Shown: positions 30,419-41,203, counted from the stretch's first letter. The stretch is 64,000 nt of DNA from Candidatus Kapaibacterium sp. (GCA_963665665.1 OY762428.1:2080001-2144000); one strand, 5' to 3'. The notes: generated by a model not told the origin, from the letters alone. A program made the numbers and translations.

Positions 30419-31321
30419 ATGATAAAACTTGAAGAAATAATTGAATTTATTAAAGATGATATAATTGAGATTTATAATTATAGAAATAATATTGGAATAA
30501 AATATTTAAAAGCACCCGATGATGTAGATGACATTACTTTAGATTGGATTGGAAACAATAATTCAAATAAACAGAAAATGGCAGAAAAATCTAATGCCAA
30601 TGTCATAATTGTAAACAAAGATTTTAAAAATTGTCAAGTATTAACAGAAAAAGTTTTTATAATAGTTGAGAACCCAAAACTAACAATTGCAAAAATTGGT
30701 AATCATTTTCTTGTAAAAAGACCATCAGCTGGCATACACGAAACCGCAATTATTCATCCGGAGGCATTAATAGGTAAAAATGTTTATATTGGACCATATG
30801 CTACCATTGGGAATTCCATTATAGGCGATAATGTACATATCTTTGAAAATATTATCATTTCAGATGAAGTAAAAATAAGTAGTAATGTTATTATTAATTC
30901 TAATGCAATTATTGGTACTGATGGTCTTGGCTGTGAAAGAGAAGATAATAATGAATTAATTACATTTCCTCACTTTGGGTCGGTAATTATTGAGGAAAAC
31001 GTTAATATTGGGGCTTCAACAATTATTGCAAGAGGAGTTTTCAAAAATACAATAATTTGCAAAGGCTCTAAAATAAATGCTGGATGCTTTATTGCACATA
31101 ATGTAAGAATTGGGGAAAATACATGGATTTCTCCTAAAGTTAATATTGCTGGTTCTGTTAATATTAATAAAAATTCAACAATTTTTAGTGGAGCTATAAT
31201 TAGAGAACATATAAAAATTGGAGAAGAAGCAACAATTGGTATGGGTGCTGTTGTTACAAAAAATGTACCTGATGGCGAAACTTGGGTTGGAAATCCTGCA
31301 CGAAAATTGGATAGTTTATGA
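30419..31321 (+). CDS. LpxD-like N-acyltransferase
   Basis: LpxD-type N-terminus, hexapeptide repeats, IGTDGLG, PHFG and IAHNV. Confidence 0.75.
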   Translation: MIKLEEIIEFIKDDIIEIYNYRNNIGIKYLKAPDDVDDITLDWIGNNNSNKQKMAEKSNANVIIVNKDFKNCQVLTEKVFIIVENPKLTIAKIGNHFLVKRPSAGIHETAIIHPEALIGKNVYIGPYATIGNSIIGDNVHIFENIIISDEVKISSNVIINSNAIIGTDGLGCEREDNNELITFPHFGSVIIEENVNIGASTIIARGVFKNTIICKGSKINAGCFIAHNVRIGENTWISPKVNIAGSVNINKNSTIFSGAIIREHIKIGEEATIGMGAVVTKNVPDGETWVGNPARKLDSL

Positions 31322-32370
31322 AAAAAGAAATTTTAGAAATATGTATTAATAATAAAGCAACTATTTCAGATGCTCTTAAGCAAATGGATTTTGTCAAACG
31401 TAAGTTATTAATTGTAGTTAATAAAGATAATTCATTTTATAGTGTGTTAAGCATAGGTGATATTCAACGAGCAATCATTAAAAACATTCCATTAAATATG
31501 AATATATCACACATTTTGAGAACTGAAATATCAGTTGCAACTATTAATGATAATATTGAAATTGTAAAGAATAAAATGAAGAAACGGCGTAATGAATTAA
31601 TGCCGATATTAGATAATAATGAAATTGAAGATGTAATATTTTGGGAAGATATTTTTGATAATCAGAATGATAAACCCATTACAAAAATTGATTCTCCTGT
31701 AGTAATAATGGCTGGAGGAAGGGGAACAAGATTAAGACCATTAACAAATGTATTACCCAAACCATTAATTCCGATAAAAGATAAAACATTTATAGAGGAA
31801 ATATTTGATAGTTTTAATAGACAAGGCTGTAATGATTTTTATATTTCTGTTAATTTCAAATCAGATCTAATTGAATATTATCTTAATAAACAAAACTTAG
31901 CATATAACTTGTTCTTTTTTAAAGAAGATAAACCTTTAGGAACTGCCGGTAGTCTATCATTATTGAAAGATAAAATAAAAGAAACCTTTTTTGTAAGTAA
32001 TTGTGATATTATAATAGAACAGGATTATTCTGAAATTTTGGATTACCATAAGAAAAGTAAAAATGAAATAACTTTAGTGGCTGCTTTAAAACATTTTCCA
32101 TTAGCTTATGGTACAATAGAATCAGGAAAAAATGGAAGATTATTAAGTATTATTGAAAAACCAGAGCTGAATTTTAAAATAAACAGTGGAATGTATATTT
32201 TAGAGCCTCATTTATTAAGTGAGATACCTGAAAATACTTTTTTTCATATTACAGATTTAATAAATAAATTATTAATTGAAAATAGAATTGTGGGTGTATT
32301 CCCTGTTTCAGAAAAATCTTGGGTTGATGTTGGAAACTGGAAAGAGTATTTAAGTATAATTAATAAATAA
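31318..32370 (+). CDS. CBS-domain sugar-1-phosphate nucleotidyltransferase (PtmE-like)
   Basis: N-terminal CBS pair; [17 protein letters not shown]. Confidence 0.88.
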   Translation: MKKEILEICINNKATISDALKQMDFVKRKLLIVVNKDNSFYSVLSIGDIQRAIIKNIPLNMNISHILRTEISVATINDNIEIVKNKMKKRRNELMPILDNNEIEDVIFWEDIFDNQNDKPITKIDSPVVIMAGGRGTRLRPLTNVLPKPLIPIKDKTFIEEIFDSFNRQGCNDFYISVNFKSDLIEYYLNKQNLAYNLFFFKEDKPLGTAGSLSLLKDKIKETFFVSNCDIIIEQDYSEILDYHKKSKNEITLVAALKHFPLAYGTIESGKNGRLLSIIEKPELNFKINSGMYILEPHLLSEIPENTFFHITDLINKLLIENRIVGVFPVSEKSWVDVGNWKEYLSIINK

Positions 32371-32385
32371 ATTCAAATACAAACT

Positions 32386-32469
32386 ATGTTCAAAAATAAA
32401 ACACTTTTAATTACAGGAGGAACTTGTTCTTTCGGGAATGCTGTTCAGAAAAGATTTGCTAAACAATGA
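32386..32469 (+). pseudogene. N-terminal stub of a FnlA/CapD-type UDP-GlcNAc dehydratase
   Basis: Translates MFKNKTLLITGGTCSFGNAVQKRFAKQ*. Confidence 0.75.
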
Positions 32470-32544
32470 TTTTGACACTTAAATTATATAAATATAGACT
32501 GATATCAATTAAATTTTCAAGAATTAAGTAAAGGTAAAATTAAA

Positions 32545-34242
32545 ATGAAAATATTAGGAATTCATGCAGGGCACGATTCAAGTGCTGCATTAGTTGTTGA
32601 TGGTAAAGTAATCGCAGATGTGCAAGAAGAGAGGTTTAACAGAGTGAAACACTCAAGTAATGTACCAATAAAATCAATTCAACATTGCTTAAGAGAGGCA
32701 AATATTGATGATATTAATGAAATCGATTACATCAGTTTATCATGGGAGAATAACCCAAAAGGTATTGATACATTGTTCGGCCTAAAAAGGGTATATTCTT
32801 CAAAAGAAAAGGTTGCTATAAATCTTGCTAAAACGTTTTTGGGTAAATCATTTGGAATGGTAAGCGAAAAACTACCGATATACTATCCTGATTATACAAG
32901 CTATGATAGTAAGAAGATAATCAATAATAATCATCACTTAGTACATGCTGCTAGTGCTTTTTATACTAGAAAGAAAAATGATAAGTGTCTAATCTTTACC
33001 ATTGACGGAGCTGGAGATAATATCTGTACTGCTGTTTGGGAAGGTGAAGGAAATAATATTAAGTTACTTAAGAAGTATTACAATGAAGCATCAATTGGTT
33101 GGGCTTACAGTATAGTAACTGAAGGATTACATTGGATTCATGGTGATGGCGAAGGTAAAACTATGGGGTTAGCGCCTTATGGTGATCCTTCAAAATGCAA
33201 GGGTGTTCTAGATAAATATTTTCCAATATTTGAAAATGATGTATTAGTAAAAGAATCAGAAATTGGAAAGGGGTATTATTGGAAAGAAAGTGGTTCGACT
33301 CAGTTTCACTTTGATGAATCAAAAGAAGTAGAATCTCTTATTGACAAATACGGAAAGGAAAATATTGCTGCTGAGGCACAAAGAAAACTTGAAGAAGTTG
33401 TTATGAATCTTGTGTTTGGATGGTCAGAAAAAACCAGTGTTAAAAATGTTGCTTTTGCCGGTGGTGTTATGTTGAATGTAAAATTAAATCAAAGAATATG
33501 GAATAATAGAGGTAATATTATTGAAGAGCAGCATATATATCCTAATCCTGGAGACTCTGGATTAGCTGTTGGTGCAGCTTTATTAGAATATTACCGTCAC
33601 AATGAGTACAATGGCCATGAATTAAATAATCTTTATTTGGGTCCTGAGTATTCAAATGATGAAATTGAAAAATTATTGAAAATTCGAAAATTGAATTACA
33701 ACTATGTTGAAAACCCGTCAAAAAAAGCTGCTGAATTACTTGCAGAAAACAAAATAGTTGCATGGTTTCAAGGAAAAATGGAGAGTGGACCACGAGCTTT
33801 GGGAAACAGATCAATTCTAATGAGTCCATTAAAAGCAAAGAATAAAGATATAATTAATGCATGGGTAAAATTCAGAGAAGGATTTAGACCTTTTACCCCT
33901 TCTTTATTACATGAGTATAAAGATGAATATCTTGAGGATTGTAGGGATGAATTTTTTATGATTACATCTTTTGAAGTGAAAGAAGATAAAAAGTCAAAGA
34001 TCCCTGCAGTTGTACATGTTGATGGAACTGTAAGACCTCAGATGGTTCAAAAATCAACAAACCCCAAATATTGGAATTTAATTAATGAATTTGGTAACCT
34101 TACGGGAGAGTATATTGTGTTAAATACTTCTTTCAATGTTATGGGAGAACCAATAATTAACAATCCTAAAGAGGCAATAAGATGCTTTTTTGATGGTGGT
34201 ATTGATGCATTATTTTTGGGTAATTATATTTTAGAAAAATAA
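32545..34242 (+). CDS. O-carbamoyltransferase (NodU/CmcH family)
   Basis: HDSSAA, EERFNR, HHLVHA, EGKTMGLAPYG, GPRALGNRS and NTSFN motifs. Confidence 0.93.
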   Translation: MKILGIHAGHDSSAALVVDGKVIADVQEERFNRVKHSSNVPIKSIQHCLREANIDDINEIDYISLSWENNPKGIDTLFGLKRVYSSKEKVAINLAKTFLGKSFGMVSEKLPIYYPDYTSYDSKKIINNNHHLVHAASAFYTRKKNDKCLIFTIDGAGDNICTAVWEGEGNNIKLLKKYYNEASIGWAYSIVTEGLHWIHGDGEGKTMGLAPYGDPSKCKGVLDKYFPIFENDVLVKESEIGKGYYWKESGSTQFHFDESKEVESLIDKYGKENIAAEAQRKLEEVVMNLVFGWSEKTSVKNVAFAGGVMLNVKLNQRIWNNRGNIIEEQHIYPNPGDSGLAVGAALLEYYRHNEYNGHELNNLYLGPEYSNDEIEKLLKIRKLNYNYVENPSKKAAELLAENKIVAWFQGKMESGPRALGNRSILMSPLKAKNKDIINAWVKFREGFRPFTPSLLHEYKDEYLEDCRDEFFMITSFEVKEDKKSKIPAVVHVDGTVRPQMVQKSTNPKYWNLINEFGNLTGEYIVLNTSFNVMGEPIINNPKEAIRCFFDGGIDALFLGNYILEK

Positions 34243-34397
34243 TATTTTTACCTCAATTTCAATTAATAATAATTACCGGAATTTCATGTTGTAAAAAACA
34301 ACTTATAATAAATTTTCATCTCGATGAATAGGATATAAAGTACAAGTAACCTTTTCATTTATTATATTTTTAATTTGAAGTAAAACAACTAAAAATA

Positions 34398-35603
34398 ATG
34401 AATATATTAATATTTTCGAACAGTGAATATCCTGAAGGCTTAGCATCTTCTGAAATTGTTAAATTAATGGTAGCCGGAATTAATAAAAACAAAAGAATTG
34501 CAAAAATAGTTATTCCAGCAGGGTATCATAATGCAAGTACAGAAGATATAAATGGTGAGAAAGATATTCCACATGAATTTATTAGAAATACTGAATATAT
34601 AAAAACCTTCAATCTATCTTATGTAAAAACACAGTTCTCTATTTTCGCATATCTTTTTAAAAGAAAGTTTATTAATAAAGAAAATGATGTTGTTGTTTAT
34701 TATGAATTAAATCTTTTACAAGATTTTTTTCTTATCATTTGTTTGTTAACTTTTGGAATTACATTTATTCAATGGACTACTGAAAAGAATTCGGCAAACA
34801 AGGATTTTTATACTTTTAAAAGAAAATTACAATATGTTGTTGCATTTGTTTCGGAACGAATATTACCAAAATTATCAAAAGGTGTTATTGTTATTTCATC
34901 AAATTTACACAAATATTATTGTAATTATACGAAAAAAGATAAAATATTATTATCCTCAATTCTTGTTGATTCAGAACCCTCGATTTTAAATTCAATAGTT
35001 CAAAATAATAAGCTAAATAGAATTCTTTCTTTAGAAAAAAAAATAATTGTATATAGTGGTACTTTTGGAGAAAAAGATGGGTTTCAGTTTATTTCTGATG
35101 CTGTTAGCAAATATATAGTGGATAATCCTGATACAATATTTGTTGCTTCCGGAATACCATACAAAGGAACATCAATAAATGAAATAATTAAAAATTCAAA
35201 CCTAAATAATATTCAACATAATTTTTATTATTTAGGATTATTGTCAAGAAATGATTTAAAAGTATTAATTAATAGTGCTAATTTATTGTTGGTTTGCAGA
35301 ACAAATTCCGAATTTGCAAATTTTGGATTTCCTTGGAAATTGGGTGAATATTTAATGACGAAAAATCCTGTTATTGCAACAAGAGTAGGTGATATTGAAA
35401 AATATTTTACTGATAAAGAGAATTTACTAATTGCTCAACCTGAAAATAGTTCTTCAATTTATGAAAAAATTAATTTTGTTTTTGAAAATAATTCTTTAGC
35501 TAAAAGAATTGCTGAAAATGGTTATTCAAAAGCAATAGAATTCTTTGATAATAGAAAAAGAGGAAACGAATTAATAGAATTTGTTGACAGAATTTCAAAA
35601 TAA
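34398..35603 (+). CDS. Glycosyltransferase family 4
   Basis: YSGTFGEKDG and GFPWKLGEY motifs. Confidence 0.85.
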   Translation: MNILIFSNSEYPEGLASSEIVKLMVAGINKNKRIAKIVIPAGYHNASTEDINGEKDIPHEFIRNTEYIKTFNLSYVKTQFSIFAYLFKRKFINKENDVVVYYELNLLQDFFLIICLLTFGITFIQWTTEKNSANKDFYTFKRKLQYVVAFVSERILPKLSKGVIVISSNLHKYYCNYTKKDKILLSSILVDSEPSILNSIVQNNKLNRILSLEKKIIVYSGTFGEKDGFQFISDAVSKYIVDNPDTIFVASGIPYKGTSINEIIKNSNLNNIQHNFYYLGLLSRNDLKVLINSANLLLVCRTNSEFANFGFPWKLGEYLMTKNPVIATRVGDIEKYFTDKENLLIAQPENSSSIYEKINFVFENNSLAKRIAENGYSKAIEFFDNRKRGNELIEFVDRISK

Positions 35604-35635
35604 AATAATAAGATAACATATGTAAGACAATATTT

Positions 35636-37501
35636 ATGTGCGGAATAACAGGTAAATTTGATTATAATAACAAGGTATCTGAATCATTAATATCTAAAAT
35701 GACTGATACTTTAGTGCATCGGGGTCCTGATGATAAAGGAGTTTGGTGTAACGATAATTTTGGGTTTGGTATGAGGCGTCTTTCTATCATTGACATAGAA
35801 GGTGGTCATCAGCCAATTTTCACAAATGATAAAAAAATTGGTATTGTATTTAATGGTGAAATTTATAATTATAAGGAAATTAGAAAAGAACTTATTCAAA
35901 AAGGAGTGGAATTTAAAACCAATAGCGACACAGAAACCATTTTAAAAGGGTATGAAGTTTGCGGTGATGAAATATTTGAGAAATTAAACGGTATGTTTGC
36001 CATCGCAATTTGGAATAAGAATAATAAAGAGTTAACTTTAGTCAGAGACAGAATTGGAATTAAACCTCTATATTATTATAAAGATGATAGTAGATTGCTT
36101 TTTGGGTCTGAAATTAAAGCAATATTAGCTGATAAGACAGTGCCAAGAGAAGTTAATCAAATAGGATTAAGTTTTTATTTTGATTTGATGTATATTCCGA
36201 ATCCTCATTCTGCATTTCAGAATATTTACAAATTAGAACCTGGTCATATCCTCAAAGTTTCTCAAAAAAATATTGAGAAAAAAAAATACTGGGATTTTGA
36301 ACCATCTAAAATACAAGTTGTTAATTCAAAACAAGATTTAAAAGAAGAATTTTTGCATCTCTTTGAAGATTCTGTTAAAAAAAGAATGTTAAGTGAAGTA
36401 CCTTTGGGGGCTTTTTTAAGTGGTGGAATTGATTCAAGTTCAATCGTTGCCATGATGTCAAAAAACAGTTCGGAAAGAATTAAAACATATTCTATAGGAT
36501 TTGAAGATAAACAATTTGATGAATCTAATTATGCAAAACAAATTTCAGAGAAATTTAATACAAATCATACTAATATGTATGTTGATTCTTCAATGCTTAA
36601 TTGGATAGAAAATTATGTATATCATTTTGATGAACCTTTTGCAGATTATGCAGCATTTCCAACTTACATAGTATCAAAACTGGCCCGAAAGGATCTGACT
36701 GTTGTATTAACAGGAGATGGAGGGGATGAAATATTTGCGGGTTATTACAGGTACAATAGTGAAAAAATTGCTGATAATATCAAGATATTACCTTCATTTA
36801 TAAGAGACGGAATTTTAAGTCCTACTCTTAAAATGCTCTTATCTGTATTAAGTACAGATAGTAGACATTTTAACAAAATTGATTCAATAATCAAAAGATT
36901 ATCAGAAGTTGATAAAGAAAAGATAAGGAGATATACTGAACGATTTAAAAAATATTCTGATGATGATTTTAGAAAATATCTTAAATTTAAAAAAAGAAAT
37001 ATTGGTATGGTTGAATATTATATTGAATTATCAAGCAATATTAAATCCAGACTATATTTTGACCAAAATACATCTCTTAATGAGGATATGCTTACTAAGG
37101 TGGATAGGGTTACAATGGCAAATTCACTTGAAGCTAGAGTTCCATATCTGGACCATAGAATTGTTGAATTTTCATACAAAATTCCTGATAAATTATTGTT
37201 CAAAGGATATAATTTAAAAACTTTTCTCAAACTAGCTTATAAAGATATTCTGCCTGATAATATTTTAAATAGACCCAAGGGAGGCTTTGGTTTTCCAATA
37301 GATAAATGGATAAGATATGATTTAAAAGAATTGGTTTCAGATACACTTTTAAGTAAAGACTCTTTGATAAATCCATTTTTAAATTCACAAAATATTGAAA
37401 AATTAGTTAAGTCACATTATAAAAAAGAAACTAATTCAGGTGCTAAAATCTTTATGCTTATGGTATTTAATATGTGGTATAAAAGATGGATTTCTCAATA
37501 A
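35636..37501 (+). CDS. asnB: Asparagine synthase (glutamine-hydrolysing), polysaccharide amidotransferase type
   Basis: MCGI, HRGPD, NGEIYN, LSGGIDSS and GDGGDE motifs. Confidence 0.9.
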   Translation: MCGITGKFDYNNKVSESLISKMTDTLVHRGPDDKGVWCNDNFGFGMRRLSIIDIEGGHQPIFTNDKKIGIVFNGEIYNYKEIRKELIQKGVEFKTNSDTETILKGYEVCGDEIFEKLNGMFAIAIWNKNNKELTLVRDRIGIKPLYYYKDDSRLLFGSEIKAILADKTVPREVNQIGLSFYFDLMYIPNPHSAFQNIYKLEPGHILKVSQKNIEKKKYWDFEPSKIQVVNSKQDLKEEFLHLFEDSVKKRMLSEVPLGAFLSGGIDSSSIVAMMSKNSSERIKTYSIGFEDKQFDESNYAKQISEKFNTNHTNMYVDSSMLNWIENYVYHFDEPFADYAAFPTYIVSKLARKDLTVVLTGDGGDEIFAGYYRYNSEKIADNIKILPSFIRDGILSPTLKMLLSVLSTDSRHFNKIDSIIKRLSEVDKEKIRRYTERFKKYSDDDFRKYLKFKKRNIGMVEYYIELSSNIKSRLYFDQNTSLNEDMLTKVDRVTMANSLEARVPYLDHRIVEFSYKIPDKLLFKGYNLKTFLKLAYKDILPDNILNRPKGGFGFPIDKWIRYDLKELVSDTLLSKDSLINPFLNSQNIEKLVKSHYKKETNSGAKIFMLMVFNMWYKRWISQ

Positions 37502-37529
37502 TGATTTTTTTTAATATCCCCCCCAAAAA

Positions 37530-37745
37530 ATGCCAAATAAAAGAATACATATAATTGATATCAGGCAGATAATCAGGCTTGGCGGCGATAATTGTAGTAA
37601 ACGCAAAATATCAATGCTGACCGGTGTGGCAAGGAAAACGGTAAGTAAGTACCTCGCGCTGGCGGAATCTGCCGGGATTGAATATTCTGATATTGTGGAT
37701 ATTAGTGACAGCGATTTGATGGAGATATTGACTCACCAAAAATAA
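37530..37745 (+). CDS. Solo HTH resembling the IS21 IstA N-terminus
   Basis: IRQIIRL..SKRKISMLTGVARKTVSKYL; flanked by 15-bp direct repeats. Confidence 0.65.
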   Translation: MPNKRIHIIDIRQIIRLGGDNCSKRKISMLTGVARKTVSKYLALAESAGIEYSDIVDISDSDLMEILTHQK

Positions 37746-37783
37746 TCCCCCCCAAAAAAAAATCACTTCCATAAAAAAAAGGC

Positions 37784-37812
37784 TTGACATTTATAAATAT
37801 TATTATTATATT
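37784..37812 (+). promoter_or_regulatory. Sigma70-type promoter
   Basis: TTGACA-N17-TATATT preceded by A-tracts (UP-element-like). Confidence 0.7.
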
Positions 37813-37871
37813 CCGGCGGTTAAATGATTGATTAATATTGATATAATTGATGCTGAGCCCGGAGGATTGAA

Positions 37872-37883
37872 CGCTCTTTGACA
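37872..37883 (+). promoter_or_regulatory. boxA-like antitermination motif
   Basis: CGCTCTTTGACA versus rrn boxA TGCTCTTTAACA (10/12), about 60 nt after the -10. Confidence 0.45.
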
Positions 37884-38198
37884 ATGTGATATACTTGTTT
37901 TTGAGCGTTTTTCGCGTTTACCGGCCTTTGATATGATCTACAACCCCTAACTAAGAATTTTCCCGATGCTTACTTTGGTTTTTTATTTATGATAAGCATT
38001 TTGCACTTTTATAGAGGTTATTTTGGAGAAATGAAACTTTGTATTTATTTGAATTACACTGATCACGGCTTTTTTACTGAAGATTTTTTACTTCTTTCCT
38101 ACTCATCCCGGTAACTCATTGATATTAATAATTTTAATATCGTTGATTCTTCTTCCCGAAACGATTTTTCACGCCCAAAATCCCTTGTTCTGAGCCAT

Positions 38199-38450
38199 CC
38201 GAGCGTTCCCTCGTGTTTGCCGAGTGTTTCCTCGTGCTTGCCGAGTGTTTCCTCGTGCTTGCCGAGCGTTCCCTCGTGTTTGCCGAGTGTTTCCTCGTGT
38301 TTGCCGAGTGTTTCCTCGTGTTTGCCGAGCGTTCCCTCGTGCTTTCCGAGCGTTCCCTCGTGCTTTCCGAGCGTTCCCTCGTGCTTGTCGAGCGTTCCCT
38401 CGTGCTTGTCGAGTGTTCCCTCGTGTTTGCCGAGCGTTCCCCAGAGCCTT
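38199..38450. repeat. 21-bp tandem repeat, 11 copies + 1 degenerate
   Basis: Consensus ccgag(c/t)gtt(c/t)cctcgtg(c/t)ttg; each unit contains CGAG-N6-CTCG. Confidence 0.95.
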
Positions 38451-38627
38451 CCGAGAGACTTTTTCAGTCAAAATTATTATCAGAAAACACGGAATTTTAC
38501 TTTTTTGATTAAAAGTTTCGTTGGTTTTATCAGATAAAACACTTTGATCATTTGATGTATTAATCAGGCAGGACCGATAATCGGTTTTGCCTTGTAATTG
38601 TTTTATTCATAACTATTGGAGGTTACA

Positions 38628-39905
38628 ATGCCGATAATTGTTGATAATTCGTTCACGAATGATTCCCACGGGATGAGGGCCGAAAGGCTTAATGCCATAC
38701 AGGGGAATCTTTCGATAATACAGCCCGAGCTTAACGCACCGCCGGAAATTACCGGATGGGCTTCGGGATGCTATGACTTGTTTATGCAGAAGTGGGCCAC
38801 GGCCGGAACAGAGAGCGGCGAGAAGGAAGGAGCCACTTATGACGTTAATGTTAAGGAGGAGAAGATGGAGGAGGAGTACCAGCACTGCCGCAATGTTGGT
38901 ATTGCTGCTTATGTTGATGATCAGATGCACCTGAAGGATTTTCACTTCGACGAGACATACCCGCGTGGTAGGAATGACTGTGTTGCCAGGGTGAAGCTTG
39001 TTCTGGATGCACACCTGCGGCACGAGGCCGAGGGGATTACGCACCTGATACCGGCAGAGCTGATAGTGAGGCTGACTACTGCTGTAACGGAACTGGAAGA
39101 GGCCCTGCGGAATCAGGACAAGGAAAGGTCGGAGGCGGAACATGCGGTTCTTGAGCTTTCGGAGGCCATGGAATATGATACTAAGAAGCTGAATACGCTG
39201 AAGTCCTGGTGGTTTGCCATTATGGGCAAGGAGGATCCGAGGATTGGCTATATCGGGATGGTGAACCCAAAGGGCGGCCAGGGGCGGCGCCTGCCGGCAG
39301 TACCGCAGAACTTTACTTACAATATCGGGAGCGGCGTGTTTTCCTGGGATGCGGTGGAAACTGCTACGAGCTATCAGCTTGCCTACCGTCACGCGGGAAC
39401 GAGCGAGAACTGGGAGCAGGGCTATCAGGGCGGCGATACAAGCAGCAGTTTCTTCCCCGGCGCCGGCAGCTGGGAGTTCAAGGTGCGCGCCCGCAACGAG
39501 CATGGCTACGGTGATTTCTCGAATGTGATAACGACCGAACTTGAGGACATTTTGCTGCCTCCGGCATGGGTATACGCACACTACAGCGGCGCCCCGGCAG
39601 TCAGGGGAGAGGGGGCCCCGGGGAACGGGGAGGCTCCGAGGGTTGAGCAGAACAATGTGGAGGTGACATGGGCGGAATCAACACGGGCGGAGCTTTACGA
39701 GATATGGCGCTCTATTGTTGATATTAATGATCCTCCGGGTGAATTTACAAAGATAGTGGAAACGAGCAGCCGCCGCTACCTTGATTTTGATATCCAAAGC
39801 CTTACCCGCCATTATTATTATATTATTGCCACCGCCGGGGAGCTGCGCAGCGAGCAGAGCGTGCAGGCAATGGCGGAGATATTGCAGGCGACGCCGGTGG
39901 CGTAA
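38628..39905 (+). CDS. Hypothetical protein: helical N-terminal half plus two fibronectin type III-like domains
   Basis: GGAGG RBS before ATG 38628; SWDAV..ATSYQL, FKVRARNEHGYGDFS, VTW..YEIWRS and YYYIIA; no signal peptide. Confidence 0.75.
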   Translation: MPIIVDNSFTNDSHGMRAERLNAIQGNLSIIQPELNAPPEITGWASGCYDLFMQKWATAGTESGEKEGATYDVNVKEEKMEEEYQHCRNVGIAAYVDDQMHLKDFHFDETYPRGRNDCVARVKLVLDAHLRHEAEGITHLIPAELIVRLTTAVTELEEALRNQDKERSEAEHAVLELSEAMEYDTKKLNTLKSWWFAIMGKEDPRIGYIGMVNPKGGQGRRLPAVPQNFTYNIGSGVFSWDAVETATSYQLAYRHAGTSENWEQGYQGGDTSSSFFPGAGSWEFKVRARNEHGYGDFSNVITTELEDILLPPAWVYAHYSGAPAVRGEGAPGNGEAPRVEQNNVEVTWAESTRAELYEIWRSIVDINDPPGEFTKIVETSSRRYLDFDIQSLTRHYYYIIATAGELRSEQSVQAMAEILQATPVA

Positions 39906-41145
39906 GGAAGAATAACTGGGATAAGTAGGAAAAGAAGAAGGATGGGTAGGATGATAAGGAGAAGAATCTGCACTGGGATGGGTTGGATGATGAAGAGGGA
40001 TGGGTAGGATAATGTTTCTTCATCTTAATCCTATTAATCCAAAACATCCTATAAATCCAAGTTCTGACTTGTAGGATGATGAAGAGAAGAATCAGCACTG
40101 GGATGGGTAGGATGGAGAAGACAGATGAATAGGATAATGAAGACAGAGGGGCTAAATAACATTTCTTAATCCTATAATCCTATAATCCTAAACATCCTAT
40201 AAATCCGAGTTCTGACTTGAGGGATGATGAAGAAGATAAAGAATCTGCACTGGGAGGGGTAGGATGAAAAAGACAGATGAAGAGGATAATATTTCTTTAT
40301 CTTAATCCTATAATCCTGTACATCCTATAAATCCAAGTTCTGACTTGAGGAGTGATGATGAAGAGAAGAATCAGAATTGGGATGGGTTGGATGAGAAGAC
40401 AGATGAAGAGGATAAAGAAGACAGAGGGGCTAAATAACATTTCTTAATCCTAAATCCTAAACATCCTATAAATCCAAGTTCTGACTTGAAGGATGTAGAG
40501 GATGAAAAAGATAGATGAGTAGGATAATGTTTCTTCATCTTAATCCTATTAATCCAAAACATCCTATAAATCCAAGTTATGACTTGTGGGATGATGAAGA
40601 GAAGAATCAGCACTGGGATGGGTAGGATGGAGAAGACAGATGAATAGGATAATGAAGACAGAGGGGCTAAATAACATTTCTTAATCCTATAATCCTAAAC
40701 ATCCTATAAATCCAAGTTCTGACTTGAAGGATGATGAAGACAGATGAAGAGGATAATGTTTCTTTATCTTAATCCTATAATCCTAAACATCCTATAAATC
40801 CTAGTTCTGACTTGAGGAGTGATGATGAAGAGAAGAATCAGAATTGGGATGGGTAGGATGGAGAAGACAGATGAATAGGATAATGAAGACAGAGGGGCTA
40901 AATAACATTTCTTAATCCTATAATCCTAAACATCCTATAAATCCAAGTTCTGACTTGAAGGATGATGAAGACAGATGAAGAGGATAATGTTTCTTTATCT
41001 TAATCCTATAATCCTGTACATCCTATAAATCCGAGTTCTGACTTGAGGAGTGATGATGAAGAAGAGGCTAATGTTTCTTCATCTTAATCCTATATATCCT
41101 AAACATCCTATAAATCCGAGTTCTGACTTGAAGGATGGAGAGGTT
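39906..41145. repeat. GxxExxY-associated repeat array 1 (10 cores)
   Basis: Core tcttaatcctataatcctaaacatcctataaatccaagttctgacttg; gttctgacttg at about 40061, 40209, 40337, 40478, 40576 (gttatgacttg), 40716, 40804, 40947, 41035 and 41120. Confidence 0.95.
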
Positions 41146-41203
41146 AGAAATGGAAAAAATGTGTAAATTGCACAAGGAATTGTTTTTTAATATTTTAGTG
41201 CTG

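Noticed and set aside
38169-38537. Four overlapping ORFs across the 21-bp repeat
   Set aside because: Stop-free by-products of a 21-nt unit; no RBS or unique domain.
38613-39581. 322-aa antisense ORF
   Set aside because: Shadow of the GC-rich FN3 gene, which has the RBS and recognisable domains.
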